Assembly (NCBI GenBank): GCA_973851085.1
Contig: OZ316776.1
Location: 9,424,001-9,488,000, forward strand
Origin: Ptychomitrium polyphyllum
Lineage: Eukaryota
Direction: 5' to 3'
DNA: 64,000 nucleotides
The position numbers and the translations under genes were made by a program. Below the pieces are notes generated by a model. It was given only the letters and a program-made list of their open reading frames with translations. It had not been told where the DNA came from and ran no database searches. Within the stretch, counting starts at the first letter, position 1, and each line of letters opens with the position of its first letter. Shown one piece after another: positions 11,201 through 22,411 of this stretch.

Positions 11201-14200
11201 CATTGGTTGTCACGAACAGGTTGTGTATGGAGTGATGCAAATGTTGAATCTGATCACAGACGACGATGTTAAACTTCTAGAGTATACTTGCCATGCTGGC
11301 CTGGTAAGTCTCAACGTGTGTCATGACCAACATTTTAGTATTTATGCAAGAATATAGACTTTGCGCTCTTGTCTTGTTGATTGGTAATGTATGTCTTTGA
11401 TCATGAGACCAGTGATGCGTTTGTGCTGTTTATCAGATTCCTGTTATGATGAACTTTGCAAGCTCCGAATCTTCAAAGGAGTTGCGCATGCAGGCTGCAT
11501 ACTTTGTGCAGAAATTATGTCATAGAAGGTGGGTTAATGAATTGATTTAGCTGTCGTTAGTTACCTTGCACATAAATCTGATATTTCATGCTTCTTGCCT
11601 TTCAGCAATAAGGCTTAATCTGCATTTATCAGTGCATGTTCTATCGTTATCATATGGTTCTATAAATGAACTGATAGAAGCCAATTAACTTATCAAAGTT
11701 TCATTCTCAATATACAGACAATTTCTGGGTTCATATCAATCTGAGTTGTGTTTTGTGCTGGATGCAGTTCTTTGACTTTACAGATGTTCATCGCATGCCG
11801 GGGTCTCCCAGTATTAGTCGGTTTCTTGGAGTCTGATTATGAAAAATATAGGTCAGTTTTCTGCTTTGCTGTTGCTTCCAATTTACAGAGATTCTGTCAG
11901 GCTGTAGGGTCTGAAAGCTATAGTCACATTAATAAGACTGAGTTGTCCTGCAGTATCACTTCAGTGGTTTTCTTATCTGTGCGACCCATTCCCAGTCATC
12001 GTTTATCAGCAATATAGCATCAATGAGATGTTGCTAAACCTTGGTTATGTTTGAGCGAAGAATGGCTGTTATGTGAGGGACTAGATTTGACTGCATGCAG
12101 GATAGTTGCAGTTGTTAAATTATCCAATATCTGACTCTTTTCTGTCCTGGGTTTAGGGAGATGATACACATGGCTGTAGATGGTATTTGTCAGGTCTTGG
12201 ACCTTCCAGGCTTGAGTCTGAAGAATGATTTCTGTCACATATTTGCAAGAAGTAGCATACTCGCTCGATTAGTTACCTCTCTCCATTCTCTCAATGAGGC
12301 TGTTCGGATGCCTAGTGCTTTGGCACAGACTGAGAGGCTTCAATACAGCAATGAAAAGGTTTTTGTAAAGTCCCAGTCAGGACCTATAGATCATGCTAGA
12401 GCTACCAAAAAAGAGGCAGTTTGGAATCGTTCTGGAGACCTGGATGAAACTCGGGCACGTCTCACTCACATAGATCACCAAAAAAGTTTCGTCGGATTGA
12501 ATTCTGGAGATTTGTTAAGGATGCAGCCTGGGCAAGCCCATCGGGCATCTGGCCTTCCTGAGTTTTCATGGCAAAATTCACCAGGACAGCTGGAATCTTC
12601 TCAACAACGTTCTGGTCACCTTTCAACTCCAAAAGGTGCTAGTTTAGATCGACTTTCAGACCATTTTCAGCCAGGCGATGTAGAAAGTTCGTGGGTAATG
12701 GGTAGTGATGATCTAAGAGAAAGAGATGATGAAGCAAAGTCAGATGGTGAGGCCAGACCCCTTTTAGCGGATGAAGTCTGGAGGTCTCCTAGACGCATGA
12801 ATGGATTGGTGGATAGCTCTCAGCATGAGCAGGTTGGTTCTTGCCCTAAAGATTACATGATTGACAATTGGTACTGAGTTGAGATACGAGTGAGTGCTAG
12901 TATTTTTGTGTGGGTTTTCTTCCTTTCACTCAAGTTACTGAAATAAGATGACACTTCCATCTTTGCTATTTTAGCTGTCTATGTATCTCACGAAGTTATA
13001 TATTATGTCAATGTAGCACTCTCCTTTCATGAACCTACTCGACAAGGATCTCCATGTGAAGCCTGTCTCGGGACCTCTTGACCCTTTGAGACAGGGTTTG
13101 GATAGAGAGAATGCATTGCCAATCCTATATCATTCGGGTGTCCTACGGAAAATGAATGGTGACTTAGACTCAATGGCGACTAGTTTTACAGGTATTCAGC
13201 CTCACTTATGATTAGCAGTGACTCTTTGTTGGTAGCACCATTGTTGATATCATTTGTATTACTAGATCTGACATGTTTCTGTCTAGGCAGCAACTAGTGC
13301 CTCGGGAAGCGTTCCCTTTATCCTCATTTTCTGCTGAAAATGATGTGGGACCTTTTTCTCGTTTTTTCAGCCTCTCTAGACGTCTTCATATTACTGTGAC
13401 TGTCATTGAGCATATTTTAATAACGAAGTCTTTGCTGTTACAGAAAATTCGTTTCTTTTGGACGTTCATTGTCTTCCTATGGTTTGATCAATTTCCATGC
13501 TGTCTTATTGTGGCTTTCTCAACATTCTTATGAATATTGCAACAAGGTGCAGATAATGAGAAACTAGGTGGGGCTATGGAGGTGACTCATATTCCTCTCC
13601 CAAAGTATGGGTGGGGTGGTATGGGCATCCTTTCACCATCGGCAAAGCTCTCCCCATCAGCATCAGCATCAGCTCGTACGAATTTAAAACTGTCAGGAGC
13701 ATTATCAAATACGGTATGTTCGTGTTCACTCAGTGTGTTCGTGTTCTTCCCCTTCAACGCTGTAAAAACTCAGTAAAAACTCAGTATGCAAGTTTCAACC
13801 CGGCCATTTGTAGTGCTCATAATGGCCGGGTTGAAACTTGCATACTGAGTTTTGGAATGCATGAACATATTCATTTACTGGGCACGGTTATTTATGTCTA
13901 CTGTTATTCCCTCCAGATAGAATTGGTTTTCATGAGGATGGTTGTACTGTACAACGTTGTGGCTACAGGCAGATCCGGCAGCCAATACATCAAGTGCAAC
14001 TTCTCGAGCTGCATCTGGCATTTTCTCTAATTCTGGTGTCTTGCAAGAACAACATGGCAGTGCCACTTCATCGGGCCTGATGTCTCGACTGCAGTCCACT
14101 CTCAACTCCGAAGACGCTAAAGAGTATTTGGGAAAGGTATCAGACTTGTTACTGGAGTTTTCGCGCGCTGATACAAGTGTAAAAGCGTACATGTGCAGCA

Positions 14201-16489
14201 CAAGTCTTTTGCAACGCCTCCTTGAGATCCTGAATAAGTTAGAACCAGCAGTGCTTGTCAAGGTGCGGTTCATTTTCTTGGTTGTCCTTAACTTAGAGTT
14301 GGTATTTTTCTTGTTAGTTCTGTCAGTAGTCGCATTTGAACTGAACTGAAAAAGAATTTGACAGTCAACCTGATGGACCAGTAATTGCAACAGCGATACA
14401 CTAAGAATGCCCACTTCTATATGAGGTTCAACAGTACTTGAAAACTTTTCTTCATTGTACAGATTTTAGAGTGCATCAAGCAGCTATCACAGGATCCATA
14501 CACACTTGAATATTTGCAACGTGCAGAAGCAATGAAGCATTTAGTACCTTTGCTTGAGGCTCGTGATGGCCAACATGTTGCCCAAATACAGAGCCAGGTA
14601 TGTAATTTCATCTTTGTATGAGCTAGTTGAGCCCTTTCAGCCTACTCTTTAGTTAAGAAAATGGCACTGTTTTTTCGCACAATACTCTTGCTATGAATCA
14701 AAGAAGTCTCTGTTCGTTATTGTTGTAGAATCCGACATGTTTATTGGGTTTTGTTGAACTTAAGGTTCCTTGCCTATATATCTACCAAGTCTCCACTCAA
14801 AGATCCACTGAGCACTGATATGCCCTCATCATGCAGGTGCTTAATGCATTACACAACTTATGCAAAATCAACAAGCGGCGGCAGGAACAAGCAGCTGAGT
14901 GTGGCATCATTCCCCATTTGATGCGTTTCATAAGGATCAACTCTTCTTTAAAACAATATGCACTTCCATTACTATGCGACATGGCTCATGCTTCACGGAC
15001 TACTAGGTATGTTAGTGCTGTTATTGCTATCAGGTTGCCTACTTTCTCCGCTGGATTGGATAGCGTTGTTTTGATATGCTCTTCTGTTGGCACTTTCCGT
15101 GGGTTTATTGAAAAAAATTAGAATTTACACACTTGATTAATGACTTTAAATTGCTACTGTCATGCGTCTTTTAGGTTCTTATTACTGTTCATTTATGTTA
15201 CTTTTTCATCTACCAGCTCTTGCCTTACTGGGTGATGGTTGTTGATTGTTGGTTGTTGGGATCACAACCTAAATTGTCCTTGCTTTTGTTGGACTCTGCT
15301 GCTATCGTCTCTTGTTGATCAAATATTTGCAATAAGATAAAACAAAAGTCATTGATATCATTTACTGTATGAAAAACTTGCAGGGAGTACCTACGAGCAA
15401 ATGGAGGCCTGGATGTTTATCTCAGTCTACTTGATGACGAGCTTTGGGCAGTGACTGCGCTAGACTCCTTAGCTGTGTGCCTGGCACTTGACAATGAGCA
15501 GCGTAAGGTAGAACAGGCACTGCTCCAAAAGGAGTCTGTGAACAGACTCGTTGTCTTCTTTCAGTCTTGCGGAGGCCCCACCTTTGTTCACATTCTTGAA
15601 CCATTTCTCAAGATGATCAGGTATGATACTCCATATCCTTGCTGTAAAGATTATTACTGCAAATTGAGACCTAAATCGAGACCATCTAAAAGTCTATTGA
15701 GAAAGTGCCATTTAGGTTAAATGATTTGGGCGACTTGTAAGAATCATTATGTATGACATCTTCTTTGGCCTTATAGGCAGCATTTATCTTTGTGGTGCCT
15801 TTTTGCAACTGAAATTTTTGGTGTTCTTGTGATGGCAGTAAATCTGTTAGATTGAACACTGCATTGGCGATCTCCGGTTTAACACCGTTGTTGGTTGCAC
15901 GTCTTGAACATCAAGATGCCATAGCTCGTCTTACTCTGCTCAAGCTGATCCGAGTACGTTTCCTTTCTTAGCTTCATTTTCTTGATGTTCTTGGTGTAAA
16001 ACGACTATGTTCGTAGGTCATTTTATCCGTAGGTAGTGATATCACGTCATTTTAGAGATGGTACACTACCTATTCTCTTTAGTCCGAGACGCACTTATTG
16101 TTATAAAACGGCTTTACTTTTTTGCTCTAGGTGAATCTTTTTACCAAGTACGTTTATACACATTATAGTGCTAATATCTTCAGCATTGGTAAAAATGTTT
16201 GCCTTTTGTAAAAAATGACAGTTTCTGTGTCTCGGACTAAAGGGTATAAGTGGTGTAGTATGATTCTTTGGATTGGTCGTCTGATTAATTTTGGGTATGT
16301 CATATTAATCAGGCTGTTTATGAGCACCATCCTCGGCCAAAGCAGCTCATTGTGGAACACGATTTACCAGCTAAGCTTCAACGGTTGATTGAAGAGCACC
16401 GCGATGGTGAACGATCTGGAGGTCAAGTGTTAGTGAAGCAGATGGCGTACTCTCTTTTGAAGGCATTGCATATTAATACTGTGCTATAA
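5292..16489 (+). CDS. MAP3KE: MAP3K-epsilon (Cdc15/Cdc7-related) Ser/Thr kinase with C-terminal ARM-like helical region; 27 coding exons
   Basis: Spliced start [36 protein letters not shown]. Motifs [15 protein letters not shown] and GTPYWMAPE are intact. C-terminus ...[21 protein letters not shown] matches plant MAP3K-epsilon. Approximate exon starts: 5292, 5705, 6345, 6664, 7046, 7423, 7669, 7914, 8422, 8651, 8914, 9272, 10027, 10656, 10931, 11220, 11437, 11768, 12157, 13017, 13552, 13969, 14463, 14837, 15384, 15839, 16313. All join in frame via GT-AG introns. Confidence 0.95.
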
Positions 16490-16961
16490 AATACCTAACC
16501 CCAAAACTTGAGGCTGTAAAACATTCGTAAAATCCACCTTTTGAGGGCTTATCCTATCCCTTTAGTGGAAGTGTACCATGCAATTACTATTATCATATCA
16601 TGTAATAGACTATTGTTCAGTTATCAGCATTTGTAATCTATTCTCTTTTCAAGGTTCACTGTGAAGTTTCAGATGTTGTGTTTGACAGACGACTATTGTT
16701 ACTTTACTGGAATAGTGAGTCCGCTAGTGTCTGTTCTTTATGGCTGGTTCGCATTTACTAAGATCTGTACGGAGGGCCGGACGCTAGCTCCCCTAGTCTC
16801 TACCTCTGAAATGTTGTAAGGTTTAGAATGAAGCTTATTTATTCCATGTAGGTGAGGGCTGTTGTGCACAGAAATGGCAACTGCTAACTGATAGGTGAAA
16901 TCCTTTATATCCCTAGGTCATTTATTAAATTGGAAAATCTGTGATTGTTACAAAAACCTCG

Positions 16962-19900
16962 TTACTTTTTAAGGTAACGAATGCCAAGATATGCAATAAC
17001 TCGAGTGATTAGTATGTAGAAAATCAGAATGGTAGCACATGAACCTACATCAAGGTAATCCAGGCCTAAACTGGCGATTGTTTGTTCTCCGGATGTTATG
17101 GGACACACCCCATTCACATATTCGGAAGCTGTGCATGTGATGGTTAAATTACGCAACTCGTTGAGTGAGATAGCCGTATATGTGTACTTAACGTAACTCA
17201 AGGCATCTAGCCATCCGAAGTACTCGGGAAGGCTTTTTGGAGATAAAAAAAATCCACCAAAAAGGCGGTTCACTTCAAGAGCCATTGGCAATACAGTGAC
17301 TGAGAGATCAGTTGTCCGACATATAGCCGAGATCATTAGAGCAAGAGATGTGGCTGCCAGCTGAGTTAAAACCATAAAACACATAAAGACTATAAACTTG
17401 GCGCCATTCTTCTGGAAGCCAACCATCCAGTATACAATGCACGAGAAAATCACGGGTGAAATGACCTGGGAAAACATCTCAGCTGTAACCTATGCATTAA
17501 CAACGGACCATATTAGAATCTACAACGACTTAACGTCATAAGCATATTCAAACACAAACAAATACCGCAAAATACTCTGCAAATCTCATCCCTTTGAAGT
17601 ATTTTGTGTTATTCCAATTTCAAGAGAGTTACCTTAGCCATGAAATAGGATGAGCAGTAATACATTCCAGCTGCCCTTTCCCGTAATGTGAGAGCCCGCT
17701 CTCCAGGGAAGGAGTTGATGACTGTCAATGCACCAAACACACCTTGATTTATCACACAAAAAAATAAGACAGGTTGCCTGCGCACTGTTGACTTCTGCGT
17801 GTCTCCTATCTGGAAAAACACTCCACCAATGAGAAGCGCCATCAGTACACTCTGGCATAACTGAGTGATCAACACATTCTTCTTCCGAATCTGCTCTCGA
17901 ATCCCCCTGTTCAGGAGCACTATATACTGCCTATGCCATGGCATCCGCTCTCGCGTGGTCTGTATTAAATATTGTGATCCTTGATTCATATCAACCTGTT
18001 GTAAGAGTAAATTGATGAAATGAGTCAAATTTTAACTCAACCGGAAAAAAAGGTAACACCGAATTATGTTGTTTTTATTACTGAGTTTAATTGTGCACTT
18101 GCCGGGAGTGCATGGTAGTTGGATTTGAGAACATCGTCGACATTTTTGAGGCTATCTCGAGGCCTATTAATGGACGGTGTTATAACATCCAGAAGATGGT
18201 CAGCTGGGTTCGTATATTCCGGGCAAGGAAATCCAGACTCCTCGAAAAAGTGGAGAACTTCTGATGCTTTCCCTTGATAAATTACCTACAAACTAAAAGA
18301 AACGTCAGACAAAGCCGATACTCTAGATAATTTGCGTCCAAGAAATTCTATGAAGTATCACAAGATCCATACCTGACCAGCTTTGAGGATAATAAGATAA
18401 TGGAACAAGTTGAAAATCTTGGCTTGTGGCTGATGAATGGTGCAAATAATGGTGCAGCTGTTTCCTATATCTGCTAACTTTCGTAACTGCTCACACAAGG
18501 AGAGTGCCGTTACGCTATCCAATCCTGAAAAACAGATTCAATAGATCAAATTTATAAGAACTATAAACGGTTCAGCTTTCTGAAGAACTACCAGGCCTGC
18601 CGAGATCTAATATCACTACAAAAGTTGCGCCAATGTGAACAGATTTCTAAGTACTTGTAACAAATATGCAACAAAAAGTGAAGCTTCGCCGATTGATTAT
18701 AAACCGTAGCCCCTTCGTGATAGTATTTGTCAAAAACGTTGAAAGCTTTCATTGCAAATGGATCGAAAAAGATGATGTTCTGAATGGCGTCGAGGGGCGA
18801 TCTGGGTTCTAACAAACCTGAGGTGGGTTCATCCAAGAAGAGGAGCTGCGGGTGCGTGAGCAGTTCCATGCCCACACAAACTCGCTTCCTCTCGCCACCG
18901 CTAATACCTCTCTTCTCCGGGCTCCCTATCACGGTATTCCGGACATGATCCAATCCCATCTGCTTGATAATCTCATCGACTCGTGAACACACTTCCTCCT
19001 CCGTCAACGACGGCTCCAACTTAAGCCTCGTGGTATACTTAAGAGTCTCCTCCACTGTCAGGTGCGCGTTTAGCAGGTCATCTTGCATGACATAGCCGGA
19101 CATTTTCTTGAGATCCGCAATTTTGTAATCCCTCCCGTTCAAAAGAATCCTCCCTGTAATACTTGCAGACTGACCCATACGACAGGCCAGGGTGTTCAAG
19201 AGCGTTGATTTTCCGGAGCCGCTCGGCCCCATGATCGCCGTGAAGCCACTCACTATTTGCCCGTTCAAACCGTCCAACAAGACTTTGCCAACTCTGCTTG
19301 ATCCACACAAACAGTCCCCAATCATTCACTGCAGATTTGCACTCCGATTACAATTCAAGCTTATAAATAGAACTTGCAATTCTTCACGAGAGAAAATGCT
19401 TACTTGGACGTCACAGTAAGACTTTCCCATGACAACACAACACCCTCTGTCTGCTCTGCGGCGCTTCCAACGTTCGGCTCTGCTGGCGGTGTGCCACTTC
19501 CACCTTTTATCCGCATCGGATCTTTCCTCATCTTCGTGCTCCTTCTCGTTGAAACCATCTTCACAAGAGTAGAGGAGTCCGGTCCAACTACTGGCGGCGT
19601 ACTTTGGTTTGAGCCCATAGACAACTGCTGCTCATGTGGCCACTTCGGGAGTGGAAGCAGCGTCTCATCGACATAACCATCCCTTGCAATTACCCTCTCC
19701 ACATCGCGAGAAACCTGGCTCTGTGGATTTGAATTACGCCCACCGTAGCGGAGACTCGCCAATTGGCCCGTGATCCTGGGTGTCGACATGGATCGTGGTG
19801 AAAGTTGCCAGTCGACGTTCTGTACTCGCGCCTTTAAACTAGCAGATGAAGATGACAATCTTTCCCCCAACGATTTACTGCCTGATCCATAAGCTTGACG

Positions 19901-20539
19901 GAGCGATTGTAGCTCATGCAAAGATACCCTGGGAGTCCGGTGCCCGCTCCTCGGCGTGGTATAGGAGGACATCGACAATGCAGGCTCGGAGAGCCTCGAC
20001 GGCGACCGCGACGGAGGACGTGAGGGCATGGGCAGCGATATAGAATCCACATCGATTACTGTGTCACGAGAGCCTTCACGTGAAGCCGAATGGTGTTGGG
20101 AGTGATTCCGTTTCGGGCAAACAACCAATTGCGGACTTTCTCTGTCCTTCAAATTTAAGTGCAGGTAGATTTTTTTCTCTTGATGAGTGCTCGGTCTCGA
20201 TCCAAAGCTCAGAATGCCGCATTTCTGGCATTTTGCAAACTGGCGGGGGTTGGGACATGATCTTGTGTCTTCATAGCCCAATTGTTCAACTGCTAGATCA
20301 GTTTGATGATATCGCGCCACTTCGATATCACTTAGCGGCTCATGCCATTTTGAGCTGGAATAAGAATATTCACGCGAAACCAAACCTTCAGAGGCGCTAA
20401 TGGGGCGGCGAGGAGCGTCGATCAACGTCTGCGTTTGTACATTGCTGTTTTTCTTGTCTTTAAACCATACCTTAGTCTTCGCATGGATGCATGTGGGACA
20501 TCCATCGTCAGATTCCTCCTCTTCCCTCTTCTGTCCCAT
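16962..20539 (-). CDS. Half-size ABCG (White/WBC-type) transporter, NBD then TMD, with ~370-aa N-terminal extension; 6 exons
   Basis: Walker A GPSGSGKST, Q-loop YVMQDD, signature GISGGERKR, Walker B LLFLDEPTSGLD, H-loop CTIHQP, NPAD motif, then an ABC2 membrane domain. Exons: 20539-19404, 19293-18818, 18524-18373, 18285-18103 (or -18082), 17995-17633, 17489-16962. Confidence 0.93.
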
Positions 20540-21598
20540 GCCTGAAACCCTAATTCAACTCATGAGGAACCCTTCATTTCCCCCAACTTTCAACCCAAGG
20601 ATCCCATTCAAGAACATGTCGAAGTATGATCACAACCCTTTAATGGCATTACAAAAGACAGCATACGGAGAACACAATGAAAATCCACCTCCACGAAAGG
20701 GAAACATTTCGCAGTCTCGCTTCAAAACCACTCAAACCTCTGCTTGTGAAAGCAGGGTATCGGAAACTCTACGCACCTCTGGGTCACAGCAACATACTCC
20801 ACCCTCGAAGTCTTCTACCACAACTTCCAAGAGGCAGGAATTCAGTGATCCTTTATTTTCCAATCATCTCAGCAGGACAGAATCATCAGAATGCTTCTTT
20901 CGATATTCACATATAGAAACTAGGGTTACAAGTTCGAACCACATAAAGTTTCATTGGATTTTAGGTCATCCATACACTCGGAAATCGTCCTACGCATCGC
21001 GGCTTGGAAGTCACAAGCCTCACTCAAGAAAGCTGCAAACACCATTTTCTTGCAGAGTTTCGTAATCCATACAGTCAAAACATAAACTCAGCCTTACGAA
21101 TCACACCAATCCATGACAGCACACCTCGACGAGAGACAGTTTGTTAAAAACAAGCATTGAAGACATCATGCTAAGCGAAAACAGAGGACCTAATGACGCA
21201 AGTACTAAAGCAGGTCGAAACAAAGATGGTTTCACATGAATCTGAGAACAGACACAAGATGTCAGAAGCAGAAGGCGCACTTCGACATCCGGAGTAGGGA
21301 TGCACATAGCATGATACGTTCGTTACGAACATGACACTGGCGCAGTGCAGATACCCGCTTGAGAACGCTTACTCAATACCTGGCACCAAGCGTCGAAGTA
21401 TCACAAGTGGTGCCCACCGCCTTCCGGAGCCTCCTTTCTCCACGTTGCTTCGCCAGGAGCTCACAAAGTCCTCCGCACGTTGCCGTCACGATCAGACTCG
21501 CTCTTGTGGGCCAATTGCAATTCTATCTTGTCTGAACCACCGTCTATCATTCAGAGCTCTAGCCGGAGATAGCCTTGTAGTGGACCACCTGCGAAAAG

Positions 21599-22411
21599 AT
21601 GGCGACCAAGGCAATTTGGAACGGCGCAGTGATCGCCGCGACGGACAACTACGAAGTGGTGGAGGGCAACGTCTACTTCCCACCGTCGTCTGTCAACATG
21701 CAGTATACCAAGCCCAGCACCACGCATACCACTTGCGGTAAGTCTCATTCGAGGGTGTAGAGTTAGTTTTTGGTTGCGTTTGTGAGGGAGAATCTGTTTG
21801 AGCGCGGCATTGATGTCGGTGGAACTGGGGTTGTTGCGCAGGTTGGAAGGGGCAGGCGTCGTATTACACCGTGGAAGTGGACGGCAAGGAGAACAAGGAC
21901 GCTGCGTGGTTCTACTCGTCGCCGAAACCAGCTGCCCAGAACATCAAGGTGCGTTGTGACCATGATATTCGAGGATGTTTCCAGTGATAAGGATTTCTTG
22001 TTTCGTCGAATTTGTCGTGTATACCTCCTTCGCCGATTCGGTTTTCTCTGTTACAGTGCGCATATCTCTTTGCAATTGTAGTTGCAAGAGATTGGATATT
22101 ACAGTTTGTTTAGACGAATCACCATTCTAAGTTGCTTTCGAAGAGGTTGTACATGTGTGAGGTTTGCGGTGTTATTTTTATGATCGATCCACGGATGATG
22201 CAGTCCTTCACATGTTGAGTGCTTCGTTTCCGTGTTTGCATGAATACGTTCCAAACGTAAATTTTGCTTTTCCTTTGCTGCATTTGCAAATCATTTTACC
22301 AGGAAAAGCATGGAAGTTTGAAAAAAAAAATTAGGTGTACTCAAACTGTGGTTACAGGATTACGTGGCTTTCTGGAAAGGAGTGAAGGTTGAGAAAGCTG
22401 CCAAGGCATGA
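21599..22411 (+). CDS. DUF427 (NTP_transf_9) domain protein, 99 aa, 3 exons
   Basis: Exons 21599-21737, 21842-21948 and 22358-22411 splice in frame via GT-AG to MATKAIWNGAVIAATDNYEVVEGNVYFPPSSVNMQYTKPSTTHTTCGWKGQASYYTVEVDGKENKDAAWFYSSPKPAAQNIKDYVAFWKGVKVEKAAKA*. The motifs VEGNxYFP, TxCxWKGxASYY, AAWxY and IKxYVAFW are characteristic of DUF427. Confidence 0.93.

Noticed and set aside
20400..21065. 221-aa plus-strand ORF
   Set aside because: Antisense to the ABCG start and leader, low complexity and with no domain; most likely a shadow ORF.
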